This document shows, one piece after another, positions 12,275-22,218 of a stretch of DNA of 64,000 bases; the first letter of the stretch is position 1; the number at the start of each line of letters is the position of its first letter. The notes beneath the pieces were generated by a model. It was not told where the DNA came from. It worked only from the letters and a program-made list of their open reading frames with translations, and ran no database searches. The stretch comes from an uncultured Gammaproteobacteria bacterium (GTDB lineage: Bacteria; Pseudomonadota; Gammaproteobacteria; UBA9214), in contig CAVYZN010000014.1 of NCBI GenBank assembly GCA_963773065.1, forward strand, positions 64,001-128,000, in the 5' to 3' direction. The translations under genes were made by a program, and so were the position numbers.

Positions 12275-13615
12275 ATGTCCGATCGCATTCTGATAATCGA
12301 GGACGAGGATACACTCCGCGACAATCTCGCCGCTCATCTGGCCAGCCGTGGCTATGACGCAAATGCCGTGGGCACCGGGGCAGAAGGGGTACGTGCACTC
12401 GCCGAGCGACCGTATGACTTCCTGATTACCGACCTCTATCTGGAGGATACCGATGGCGTCGAAATCCTTAATCGGCTGCAATCCTGGTCCGCCAACACAA
12501 CCGTTCTGGTGATGACGGCATACGGGTCGATGGAATCGGCGATCGAGGCGTTTCGTTTCGGTGCCTTCGATTATCTCGTCAAACCTTTCTCATTCACTGA
12601 ACTCGATCAGAAAATCGAAAACATCGCGAAGCACCGCAAGCTGATTCGGGAAAACACGCTGCTTCGTGCACAACTTCACGCCGCCGAATTACCGGAAAAT
12701 ATCGTTTTTGTTTCACAGGCCATGAAGGATGTAATGGCGTTGGTAAAGAGAGTCGCGGCCTCTCGCAGCAACGTACTTATCACTGGCGAATCGGGCACCG
12801 GAAAGGAACTCATTGCGCGCGCCCTTCATGAGTTCTCACGCGCCAGCGAGGGTCTATTCGTGCCGTTGAACGTCGCCGCCATCCCCGAAGGACTGGTGGA
12901 AAGCTATTTGTTCGGCCACATGAAAGGTGCGTTCACGGATGCCGGAGCGGCTCGCGAGGGCGTGTTTCGAGCCGCGGCGGGGGGAACGCTCTTCCTGGAC
13001 GAGATCGGTGACCTGGCGTTGCCGGTTCAGGCGAAGCTGCTGCGCGCGCTTGAGGAAAAGGAAATTACGCCGGTTGGCGCGGATCTCCCGATGAAGGTAG
13101 ATACCCGTATCATCGCGGCGACGCACCGCGATCTGGAAGGCATGGTCGAACAGGGTAGATTCAGGCGGGACTTGCTCATGCGGCTCAATGTGATCAACAT
13201 TCACACACCACCCCTGCGTCAACGGCAAGAGGATATCCTGCCGCTGGCGAGATATCTCGTTGCCCGGCATTGTCGGGAAGTTGGCAGACCGATACTGGAT
13301 ATCGAGAGCGCGGCGCTTCAGGTACTTGCGTCATACGACTGGCGCAAGGGTAACGTCCGGGAGCTGTCAAACGTCCTGGAACGCGCCGTGATTCTTTGTG
13401 AAGACGAGACCATCGGCACCAACGAGTTGCCGCTCGATTTCGTGGAGTCCCATGCGCCTGGCCCCATGAGCCTCAGAATGGCGGCACAGGCCTTCGAGCG
13501 ACAGTACATTGCGCGTGTGCTCCAAACTGTCAACGGGGATCGCGCACTCGCTGCGCGCGTTCTCGGCGTCTCCGTGTCTACCCTCTATCGCCGCCTCGAC
13601 TCCGACGCTTCTTGA
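12275..13615 (+). CDS. Sigma54-dependent response regulator (NtrC/AtoC family)
   Basis: Receiver (ILIIEDE...TDLYL), GESGTGKE, GAFTDA, LFLDEIG, GNVRELSN, Fis-type HTH. Confidence 0.92.
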   Translation: MSDRILIIEDEDTLRDNLAAHLASRGYDANAVGTGAEGVRALAERPYDFLITDLYLEDTDGVEILNRLQSWSANTTVLVMTAYGSMESAIEAFRFGAFDYLVKPFSFTELDQKIENIAKHRKLIRENTLLRAQLHAAELPENIVFVSQAMKDVMALVKRVAASRSNVLITGESGTGKELIARALHEFSRASEGLFVPLNVAAIPEGLVESYLFGHMKGAFTDAGAAREGVFRAAAGGTLFLDEIGDLALPVQAKLLRALEEKEITPVGADLPMKVDTRIIAATHRDLEGMVEQGRFRRDLLMRLNVINIHTPPLRQRQEDILPLARYLVARHCREVGRPILDIESAALQVLASYDWRKGNVRELSNVLERAVILCEDETIGTNELPLDFVESHAPGPMSLRMAAQAFERQYIARVLQTVNGDRALAARVLGVSVSTLYRRLDSDAS

Positions 13616-13621
13616 GGCTGC

Positions 13622-13668
13622 TTCGCAATCCTGAGAACGCGGGCCGGCTCGTTTCTCAAGTCTGAGAA
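13622..13668. promoter_or_regulatory. Tandem enhancer (UAS) palindromes TTC(T/G)CA-N4-TGAGAA
   Basis: TTCGCA-atcc-TGAGAA (13622-13637) and TTCTCA-agtc-TGAGAA (13653-13668), 31 bp apart, just after the enhancer-binding protein gene. Confidence 0.6.
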
Positions 13669-13774
13669 TCCAATCGTCGGTAAAATTTCCGCGGTCTGCA
13701 ATTCCCCGGCCGCATCCCCCATTGCAAACAGACGCTTAGCCGGCCGGCCGGCCTTTCGCGGGATGTCGTGATTG

Positions 13775-13790
13775 CGGCACCGATATTGCG
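13775..13790 (+). promoter_or_regulatory. Sigma54 -24/-12 promoter
   Basis: cGGCACcgataTTGCg, exact GG-N10-GC spacing, about 110-150 bp downstream of the UAS pair. Confidence 0.65.
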
Positions 13791-14214
13791 TAGGGAATTA
13801 GCTAGCTCGCGTTTCCTATCGGCACGCGTACATCGGTTTACATAACTATAAATAAGTGTTGAATAACCAATGGAGAAGAATCTCAAGACTTATCATGGCA
13901 ACGGCCGCAGGGCTGCTTGCCAAGATGGTGTCATGAACGAAGCGAGGGGGTGGCTTTCTCAGATTGACGGCCATCATCTCGATCGGGCGTTCCATTTCAA
14001 CCTGCCCTCAGCGCGGCGGTCCCTCGAGAATTATCACAACCATCGAATATTCACCAGTAATCGCCAAAGTTCTGGCACATCCGGGCTTGGAGTTACCCGG
14101 GCACCGCCCCAAGCACCGACGCGAATGTTCGACCACTTCGCTGTTTATCTCGGATCTGTTGGATGCCGACAGAGAATTGTTTCACACCAGATCGTGCGAG
14201 GCAGGAGTTGGGGC

Positions 14215-16849
14215 ATGTTCAGGTTGCTGACCGCACTGTTGTTGTTGACTGTCACCGCCGCCGACTCCGCGGCGGCCGATGCGACGCGGGTGGCTATCGG
14301 AGTGTTGGTTCGCGATAGCGAACACAACGCGATTGAGCACTGGACGCCCACCGCGGACTACCTGTCCCAGCAAATTCCGGAACGACGATTCGTTATCATC
14401 CCCCACAACCTGGACGGCATGCGTCGGGCGGTCGAGCACAACGAACTCGACTTCATTCTGACTTATCCGGGCCAGTACGCCGACCTCCAGGCCAGATATG
14501 GAATCACTGCCCTGGCCACGTTACGGAATACCTGGCGGGGCAGTCTTTATTCCGTGGCTGGCGCGGTCATCATTACGCAAGCCGATCGCCAGGACCTCGA
14601 ATGGATGCAACAGCTCAAAGGAAAATCCTTCATGGCCGTCAGCCGGGACGACTATGACTGTTTTCAACTCGCCTGGTGGGTATTCAAGGCGCACAACATC
14701 GATCCGTTCCACGACCTCTCCAGGCTTGTTTTCAGCGGACTTCCGCCGGAAGAGATCGTCTATGCCGTGCGCAACAGGAGCGTTGACGCCGCTACGGTGC
14801 GCACGGGCGTTCTGGAACGCATGGCCAGGGAAGGCAGCATTGATCTGAATGAGTTCCGGATACTGCACCCGCAGCTAACGCCAGACTATCCCTTCGCAAG
14901 AAGTACCGAGCTTTACCCCGAATGGCCGTTCGCCAGGGCGCGCGGCACGCCAGTCGAACTCGCGCAGCGGGTGGCGAATGCGCTGCGAACCATGCCAGCG
15001 GACCATCCTGCCGCCCTTGCGGGCGGATACGCCGGCTGGACGGCGCCCCTCGATTATCAGCCGGTACATGAACTGCTCAAGGATCTGCACCTCTCCCCGT
15101 ACGAGATTGAAGACAATATAACGGTTGCAGATGTCATCCGTAGGTACCGGAACTGGCTTATTGTGGGTATTGCCTTTCTACTTTTACTGGGCCTTTCCAG
15201 CATTTATATGTTGAGGATGAACCAGCGTCTCAAGCTCTCGAAACGGGCGTTGCGGCGTAGCGAGGGCGCGCTGCGATCGCTGCACGACATCACGTCCCGG
15301 CATAATCTGTCCTTTGAAGGCAAGGTCCAGGCACTCCTGGCGCTGGGTTGCGAACAGTTCGGGATGCCCATCGGCATCCTTTCCCGCGTCGAGGGTGAGA
15401 ACTACGAGATCGTTGAAGTGGTGCCATCCGATGGTCCGATTCCCAAAGGCAGTGTCTTTCCTCTCGGATACACCTATTGCGTCAAAACCCTGCAATCCGC
15501 CGCACCCGTCAGTTTCGAACACGCCGCGCAATCGGAGTGGCGCACCCACCCCGCCTACGATCAGTGCAAGCTTGAAGCCTATCTCGGCATCCGGTTAGAG
15601 GTCGAAGGCGCGGTGTATGGGACGCTGAATTTCCTCAGCGCCGAACCGCGCGCCGTGTTGTTCACGAACAGCGACAAAGAGATTTTAAAACTGATGGCGC
15701 AGTGGCAGGGGAGCGAAATCGAGCGTCAGCGTGCCGAGGCCCAGAGGCGCAAGCTGTCCAGCGCGCTGGAGCAGACCGCCGACGCCGTGGTGATCACCAA
15801 CCGTGACGGTGTCATCGAGTACGTCAACTCGGCATTTCAGCAGATCACGGGTTACACCCATGAGGAAATCAGCGGGAAGACCACCGGCATCCTCAAATCC
15901 GGCAAGCACAGCGAGCAGTTCTATCGGCAACTGTGGCAGACCATCCTCCAGGGAGAGACCTATCACGAAACGATCATAAACCGGCGCAAGAACGGGTCTT
16001 TATACTACGAGGAGAAAACCATCACCCCGCTGAAGGACGCCCGTGGCGACATCGCGCATTTCGTCGCCACGGGCAAGGACATGACGAAACGCAGGCTCGC
16101 CGAAGAACATTTGCGTCAACAGCAGACGCAACTCGCCCATGCCTGCCGGGTGAGCGCCATGGGCGAAATGTCGACGGCGCTCGCGCACGAACTCAACCAG
16201 CCCCTGACCGCGATCGTCAACTATGCGCAAGGTTGTCTCCTCCGGCTACGCACCGGCGAGGTGAGCAGGATTGATCTGCTCACGGCACTGGAGCACATCG
16301 CCGCCCAGGGCAAGCTGTCGGGTGAGATCATTCGGCGGTTACGCGATTTTTTGCGCACGGGCAAGTCGTCGCTGCGTACACGCTCGGATATCAACGACAT
16401 CGTGCGCGAGGCCGCGGACATGGCGGGCCTGGAAGCGCGGCGCAAAGAGATCACGTTACGGCTTGAGTTGAGCAACGACTTGCCCCACGGTGCGCGTGGA
16501 TACGATCCAGATCGAGCAGGTGCTGCTGAATCTCGTGCGCAACGCCATCGAGGCCATCGACGCGGCGCAATGGCCGCGGCGCGAGGTGGTCATTCGGACG
16601 AGCCGCGATCCGAACAACGGCGTCGAGGTGTCCGTGCATGATACCGGACCGGGATTGCCGGAGGGGAAAGGCGAGACCATTTTCGAGGCGTTCTTCACCA
16701 CCAAGCCGGGCGGCATGGGCATGGGCTTGTGCATCAGCCGGTCGATCATCGAGACGCATGGCGATCAACTCCAGGCCATGCCCAATCCTGACGGCGGCGC
16801 TATCTTCCGCTTCGCGCTGCCCGCTGTAGAAGGAGGAGTACTGCAATGA
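14215..16849 (+). CDS. TtrS/ThsS-like sensor kinase (PhnD-type periplasmic binding domain, GAF, PAS, HisKA, HATPase); indel near 16485
   Basis: RBS aggag; signal peptide; WTPTADYL...DAATVRTGVLE...STELYPEWPF...GYAGWTAPLDY; TM; GAF; PAS; LAHELNQPL; QIEQVLLNLVRNA, GMGMGL. Confidence 0.88.
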
Positions 16850-17500
16850 ACTACAATCCCAACATTTTCGTCGTTGACGATGACCAGACGCTGCGCGGTT
16901 CGCTGCGCTGGCTGCTGGAGTCGCTGAAACTCAATGTCCAGACGTATGCTTCGGCGCACGAGTTCCTGTCGACCTATGATCCGGTTCAGCCGGGATGTCT
17001 CCTGCTCGACGTGCGCATGCCGGAGATCAGCGGTTTGCAGTTGCAGGCTATTCTGAAGAAACGAAGAATCCGCATCCCCATCATCATCATCACGGGGCAT
17101 AGCGACGTCTCCATGGCGGTGCGCGCCATGAAGGCCGGCGCCCTGGATTTCATCGAGAAGCCATTCAATGATCAGGATCTATTGGAATGCGTGCAACAGG
17201 CCCTGGCGATGGACGCCCGTTAGCGGCGGGAAGAGGCACAACAGCGGATTGCCATCGAACGTCTGGCCACGCTGACTCCCCGGGAGCGCGAGGTGCTGGA
17301 AAGAAATCATGTGCGGCAAACCCAACAAGGTGATCGCCGCCGATCTTGGCATCAGCATGAAGACCGTGGAAGCGCACCGGTCCAAAGTGATGGAAAAGAT
17401 GGGAGTACATTCCGCGTTCGAACTCGCCGGCGTGTATTTCACTGGCGGCGGCTATAGGGCAAAACCCTTAGCCGGACCCGGGAACGCCCGAATTTTCTAG
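16846..17500 (+). CDS. FixJ/TtrR-family response regulator (in-frame TAG at 17221 plus indel near 17303; possibly a pseudogene)
   Basis: VVDDD, CLLLDVRMP, GALDFIEKPF; after the TAG: LTPREREVL, then PNKVIAADLGISMKTVEAHRSKVMEKM (LuxR HTH). Confidence 0.85.
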
Positions 17501-17535
17501 AAACATCTAGGAACATCTAAAGATTGCCTGTTACG

Positions 17536-17808
17536 GCAATTAAGAAACGCGGACCGTGGCCGAACTCACCGCGCTCCTCGTTGCCGGCCGGCGTCGGGGA
17601 AAACCCTTATGCCGGTTCGGGCAAGACCCAATATCTAAAACGATCCAACCCTCCTATAAAGTAAGGGTCAGCTCTCACGTCTCAGTCCTCCGTCGCTCGC
17701 AAGCGATAAGTCGGCACGGTTTTGCTGAGGAGAGATGACGCGAGTGCTCAAGGGACTTGTAACCCTACTTGAAACAAATCATCACCCATCCTAACGAGGA
17801 GTAAGGAC
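17536..17808 (+). repeat. Cassette leader copy 1 (promoter/5'UTR/RBS repeat)
   Basis: Near-identical to 18551-18789, 21394-21645 and 22460-22732; contains GGGGAAAACCCTTA, TATAAAGT and GAGGAGTAAGGAC-ATG. Confidence 0.95.
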
Positions 17809-18406
17809 ATGAAACACACATTGATAAATCAAGCCAGGCGGGCCGGCATAGCGCTCGCGGCGGTGGCCGCCTTCTCGGCGCTCGGGACCGGCACCGCGCA
17901 GGCCGCCGACCTTTACCACCGCCGATATCAGCATCAACAGCGTCGGTTTCATCGATTGTTCCTTCAAGGAGACGGGGCTCGGCGCCGGTGCGACGGTCAA
18001 CTACACTTGCAATGCGACGGACGTCGGTTGGTTGACCCAATGCTTCGTCAGGAATAAGCCCGTGAGCAACATCGCGCCCAGGCTGCATGTCGCCCACAAC
18101 GCTGACGGCCTGACGACCACACAAGATCGCACTGCCACCAACCGAGGGACGATCACCTCTGCCATCCTGACCGCCTACCCCACCGCAGAAGAAAATCCGC
18201 TCGTTCCACCACTCTGCCCTGAAGTGGAAGGGGTGACGATAACCGAAGAGATCACCGCCATAAGGTGGTGCAATGCCTCGCTGGCGGATACGACTAACGT
18301 TATCACGGGCGCTTCGGAGCCTACATTGTTCCTGCAGATCAAAAGAAATGGCAGCGGCACCGTGCCCGACTGCGGCGCCTTGGCGGGAATGCCAAGTGAC
18401 TTTTAA
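17809..18406 (+). CDS. Secreted six-cysteine protein, paralogue A (1-nt insertion near 17907)
   Basis: Same signal peptide as 21646 and 22733; corrected frame reads ...IDCSFKETGLGAG...YTC...TQCFVRNK...LC...AIRWCNASLADTTN...VPDC. Confidence 0.85.
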
Positions 18407-18553
18407 GCCGGGCCGGGTGGGTACGCGCTGTTCGTGTCCCGACAACACCGGTTAATCCATCAACCTGATGCCACCGCCCAATCCCTCGGGATTGGGCGGT
18501 TTTTTTATGGGCGGTGATTTTTTGCCGCTCAGGGTCAGGTCTTGAATTAACAC
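18404..18553 (+). repeat. Cassette trailer copy 1 (REP-like palindrome, terminator, GGGTCAGGTCTTG motif)
   Basis: Similar to 22216-22358 and 23306-23421. Confidence 0.85.
18473..18506 (+). terminator. Rho-independent terminator
   Basis: accgcccaatccc-tc-gggattgggcggt plus T-run. Confidence 0.9.
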
Positions 18554-18789
18554 CACGCTCCTCGTTGCCGGCCGGCGTCGGGGAAAACCCTTATGCCGGT
18601 TCGGGCAAGACCCAATATCTAAAACGATCCAACCCTCCTATAAAGTAAGGGTCAGCTCTCACGTCTCAGTCCTTCGCTCGCAAGCGATAAGTCGGCACGG
18701 TTTTACTGAGGAGAGATGACGCGAGTGCTCAAGGGACTTGTAACCCTACTTGAAACAAATCATCACCCATCCTAACGAGGAGTAAGGAC
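18551..18789 (+). repeat. Cassette leader copy 2
   Basis: Near-identical to the other leaders; identity ends after ATGAAACACACA. Confidence 0.95.
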
Positions 18790-20339
18790 ATGAAACACAC
18801 ACAATATCGATACAAGGCACGAGCGCCCAAGGCACTCGTCAGTGCAATGGCCACAGGGCTGATCGCCTTCGCCGGCGTGACGTCGGCCGCGCCGTATACA
18901 ATCAGCAACGTCCTCGTCCCCCCCGACCAGTTTTCTGGCGAAGCGGGCACCACGTCGGCGCCGGTCTGGAAGCCGCACGAAACCGACTCTGCGGCGACGC
19001 CCACGTACTGGATCTCCAGCAACGAGCGCGGCTCTGAGGATGGCCCCCCGGACAGGACAACTCAGTTCACCAACATGGCCGGCATCTCGATCTTCGCGTA
19101 CGGCACCAACGCGGTCCTGTCGACGCTCAACATCGAGGAGCGCCTGCATCCCGGTGGTCTTGCCCGACGGCACGCTGATGAAGACAGTTCGGTGGCTGCG
19201 CGCCTCCGGGAGCCGAAGGTCATCCGCGCCATCCGCACGGCATCGACATCGACGATGCCAAGAAGATCGCCTATCAGGTGATCGAGCATTCAGGTCTGCA
19301 ATGGAATGCGACCCGCACCGGCTTTAAGAAAGCGACCACGACCGATGCCGAGTCCGGACTTCTCGTGGCCTATGACATTAGTGATCTCTCCAACCCGAAG
19401 ATCCTCCGAGGCTACGTGACCGGTCATGCCGCCGAGGAGGACGTGGTGAATACGATCAACCACAAGATCTACGTGGGCAATCACGAGCCTTCGCCGACCA
19501 ACGTAAAGTGCTTCGTGTCCGTGTTCGACCCCAGTGTGGCGCATCCTTACAAGTTCATCGATCTGCCCGGCACTGACTGCGTGCAGGGTGTGGGCTTCGA
19601 CCCGGGGTTGAACCAGGTGAATGGCACCACGCACTTCGGCCAGAAGATGTACACCTTCAACAGCGCCACCGACACCGTCGCCTATTCGGTCAACATCCGT
19701 CCGGCATTCGATGCGTTCGTCGCCAGCCTGCCGCCGTCCCAGCAGTTCACGATTCCGGCCGACTGGATAATCCACATGCACGACCTGACCACCGACCGGG
19801 TGAATCATCGCGCGTATCAGACGATTCACACGATCGCCACGGCCGAAGAGGTTACCGCGGAGGATGAGGAGGGGGCCGCTACGACAAGCGAGGATGAAAT
19901 CACCGGCCGTTGGGTAGCGGAGGTCAACACCAATCCGGCGGACGTAGCCAACTTCAAGAAGGTGCGCATCATCGATCTGTCCAATGGCCAGTCGGTGCCT
20001 CAGTTCCCGACGCATGATGACGCGGTCGACTCGGGTCTGCCCTTTAACCAGCTCTTCATCCACGCGCACTTCCTCGACGTCGATCCCGCGCGTAACGCGC
20101 TGCTCGTGAGTGGCGAGCATACCGGCAATCTCGCGGTCGTCAACGTCCCCGCTTCGTGGGTGGCGCCGCGGACTCTGACGCAGGTGCTCTCGATCTCGCG
20201 TCTGATTCCGAACTGCACGCCGGACGAGCTCGAGCCGCATTTGCATGGCGTCAACATCCAGGGCACGACCGGCACGGCCTACATCAGCGACGAGGGTGAG
20301 CATTGCTTCTACGAGTCGGTGACGATCCTGCAGCCTTAA
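18790..20339 (+). CDS. Secreted His-rich YVTN-like beta-propeller protein (indels near 19140 and 19187)
   Basis: Signal peptide; blade-like repeats HPHGIDIDDAKKIAY, EEDVVNTINHKIYV, QGVGFDPGLNQV, MHDLTTDRVNHRAY, AHFLDVDPARNALLV, LHGVNIQGTTGTAYIS. Confidence 0.7.
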
Positions 20340-20380
20340 CACCGGTGGTTGGCAGTTGCATTGTCTGTTAGGTAGTCCAC

Positions 20381-20417
20381 ACCAGGCCGGGCGTGACGCC
20401 CGGCCTGGTTTCTTTTC
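20381..20417 (+). terminator. Rho-independent terminator
   Basis: accaggccgggcg-tga-cgcccggcctggt plus ttctttt. Confidence 0.85.
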
Positions 20418-20429
20418 CCGAGAAGAGAG

Positions 20430-21206
20430 ATGATTACCGCATGTTTTCAACCGGGATCAGATTTTTTCCAGAGACGGTGTCGCGTCCGGAAGCGATGGCT
20501 GGTGCTGGCTGCGGTGCTGTCGCTGACGCTGGTCGGCGCGGGGAATAGCGCGCAGAGTTCTTCCGGCGATTCGGGCGTACCCGCGGCGCCCGAGCCGTCG
20601 TCAGAGCCGATGACTCCGCCTCAGGCGGGCGCGTCGCCACCGGCGGACGGCGCCTTACTCACGGGTACGATACTCTCCAGCAAGTCGGCCGACGCTCGAA
20701 CCATCATCTCCGATAGGCGCGGTCGCCAATGGGTCTACGCCCGCGGGGACGAGATCGCGGACGGCGGAGAGGTGGTCGAAATCCATAGGGATTACGTCGT
20801 CGTGCGGCGCGGCGGGCGCCTGGAGACGCTCGATTTTTCGTGGAACGCGGCGACTCGCATGTTCGAGCACGCGACACCGGGCGCGGCTCAAGCAACGCCG
20901 CCCGAGGATTATCGCGAGGTTTTGCGACACGCAATGTTCACCCACCCGGAGCTGTTGCTCCAATTGGTGGGGGCGACCGCCGTCGTCGAAGGCGGACACT
21001 TCCGCGGCTACCGCGTGATGCAACCCGAGGACCCCACGTTTCTCGAGTCTCTCGGCCTCAAGCCCGGCGATATGCTGACCGCGGTCAATGGGGCGCCGCT
21101 CGATACTCCGGATTACGGCGCCCAGGTGCTCGACGCCGTGACCGGTACCGGGGTACTGACATTCACCGTCCAGCGCGGCGGTCAAGTTCTGGTCGTGAGC
21201 GATTGA
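20430..21206 (+). CDS. Type II secretion GspC-like protein (TM, HR domain, PDZ); start may be GTG/GTC region near 20484
   Basis: LLTGTILSS...TIISD...VYARGDEI...VVEIHRDYVVVRRGGRLETL (HR); GYRV...LGLKPGDMLTAVNGAPL...TVQRGG (PDZ). Confidence 0.75.
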   Translation: MITACFQPGSDFFQRRCRVRKRWLVLAAVLSLTLVGAGNSAQSSSGDSGVPAAPEPSSEPMTPPQAGASPPADGALLTGTILSSKSADARTIISDRRGRQWVYARGDEIADGGEVVEIHRDYVVVRRGGRLETLDFSWNAATRMFEHATPGAAQATPPEDYREVLRHAMFTHPELLLQLVGATAVVEGGHFRGYRVMQPEDPTFLESLGLKPGDMLTAVNGAPLDTPDYGAQVLDAVTGTGVLTFTVQRGGQVLVVSD

Positions 21207-21259
21207 CTGACTACGAAACCATCTCACTGAGATTAATAGATGTACGTCTGCGCCATGAT

Positions 21260-21440
21260 ATGGCGCAACATGAAAAAACCATCGAATGCCTCAATTCGTT
21301 GACACCGCGCAAAACCGAGGTGCCGGACTCGGCATCAGCGTAAGTACTCTAGAGGTTCACCGCACCCGGGGCATGCAAAAATGGCCGTAACTTCCGTGGC
21401 CGAACTCACCGCGCTCCACGTTGCCGGCCGGCGTCGGGGA
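21260..21440 (+). pseudogene. Relic of a FixJ/LuxR C-terminal HTH
   Basis: IECLNSLTPRKTEV / LGISVSTLEVHRTRGMQK / MAVTSVAELTAL aligns to IERLATLTPREREV / LGISMKTVEAHRSKVMEK / MGVHSAFELAG of the regulator at 16846-17500. Confidence 0.75.
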
Positions 21441-21645
21441 AAACCCTTATGCCGGTTCGGGCAAGACCCAATATCTAAAACGATCCAACCCTCCTATAAA
21501 GTAAGGGTCAGCTCTCACGTCTCAGTCCTTCGCTCGCAAGCGATAAGTCGGCACGGTTTTGCTGAGGAGAGATGACGCGAGTGCTCAAGGGACTTGTAAC
21601 CCTACTTGAAACAAATCATCACCCATCCTAACGAGGAGTAAGGAC
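21394..21645 (+). repeat. Cassette leader copy 3
   Basis: Near-identical to the other leaders; continuous with the HTH relic. Confidence 0.95.
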
Positions 21646-22218
21646 ATGAAACACACATTGATAAATCAAGCCAAGCGGGCCGGCATAGCGCTCGCGGCGG
21701 TGGCCGCCTTCTCGGCGCTCGGGACCGGCACCGCGCAGGCCGCGGCCTTTGCCAGCGCCAGTATCAGCCTCGACACTGCCGGCGCCCTCACTTGTAAATT
21801 TAGGGAGACGGGGCTCGGCGCCTTTGCGCAGATCAGCTACACCTGCGGAGCGGAGGCCCTCGGTGTGGTGTCAGGATGCTACGTAAAAAATAAGTTCGTC
21901 GGACCCACCGCGGTGTCTGTTTTCAAAGATGTGAGCAGCCAAGAAGAAGAAGGAGAACCAACAATGCTCATCGCCAAGAGCAACGGGACGATCAACACCA
22001 CACTCACGGCGGAAGTACCCGAATCAGAAGGCGGGGAATTCTGCACCGAACCCGCGGAGGCACGTACTGTCGCCGTGAGGTGGTGCAATGCCTCGCTGGT
22101 GGATGTGACGAACAACATCACGGGCGCCTCGGTGGGTGAGTTGTTCGAGCAGCTTGAAAGTACTGGCACCGCGGCAGTCGTCGTGCCTTCGTGCGCCGAG
22201 TTGCTGGCAACCCCATAA
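21646..22218 (+). CDS. Secreted six-cysteine protein, paralogue B
   Basis: Signal peptide MKHT...AQA; LTCKFRETGLG, YTC, GCYVKNK, FC, VRWCNASLVDVTNNITGAS, VPSC. Confidence 0.9.
   Translation: MKHTLINQAKRAGIALAAVAAFSALGTGTAQAAAFASASISLDTAGALTCKFRETGLGAFAQISYTCGAEALGVVSGCYVKNKFVGPTAVSVFKDVSSQEEEGEPTMLIAKSNGTINTTLTAEVPESEGGEFCTEPAEARTVAVRWCNASLVDVTNNITGASVGELFEQLESTGTAAVVVPSCAELLATP

Noticed and set aside
10787-13615. 942-aa hybrid kinase/sigma54-activator fusion
   Set aside because: One extra base near 12200 explains it; the corrected kinase ends at 12272 and the regulator has its own ATG at 12275.
17711-17726. Sigma54 promoter inside each leader (GGCACGGTTTTGC)
   Set aside because: Spacing is GG-N9-GC, one short of the strict N10, in three copies, and copy 2 lacks the GC; only a systematic homopolymer error would rescue it.
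17556-17738. Small repeated ORFs in the leaders (AELTAL...FAEER; also 21381-21575 and 22384-22662)
   Set aside because: No RBS, different starts, absent 5' part in copy 2; better explained as the residual reading frame of the regulator tail.
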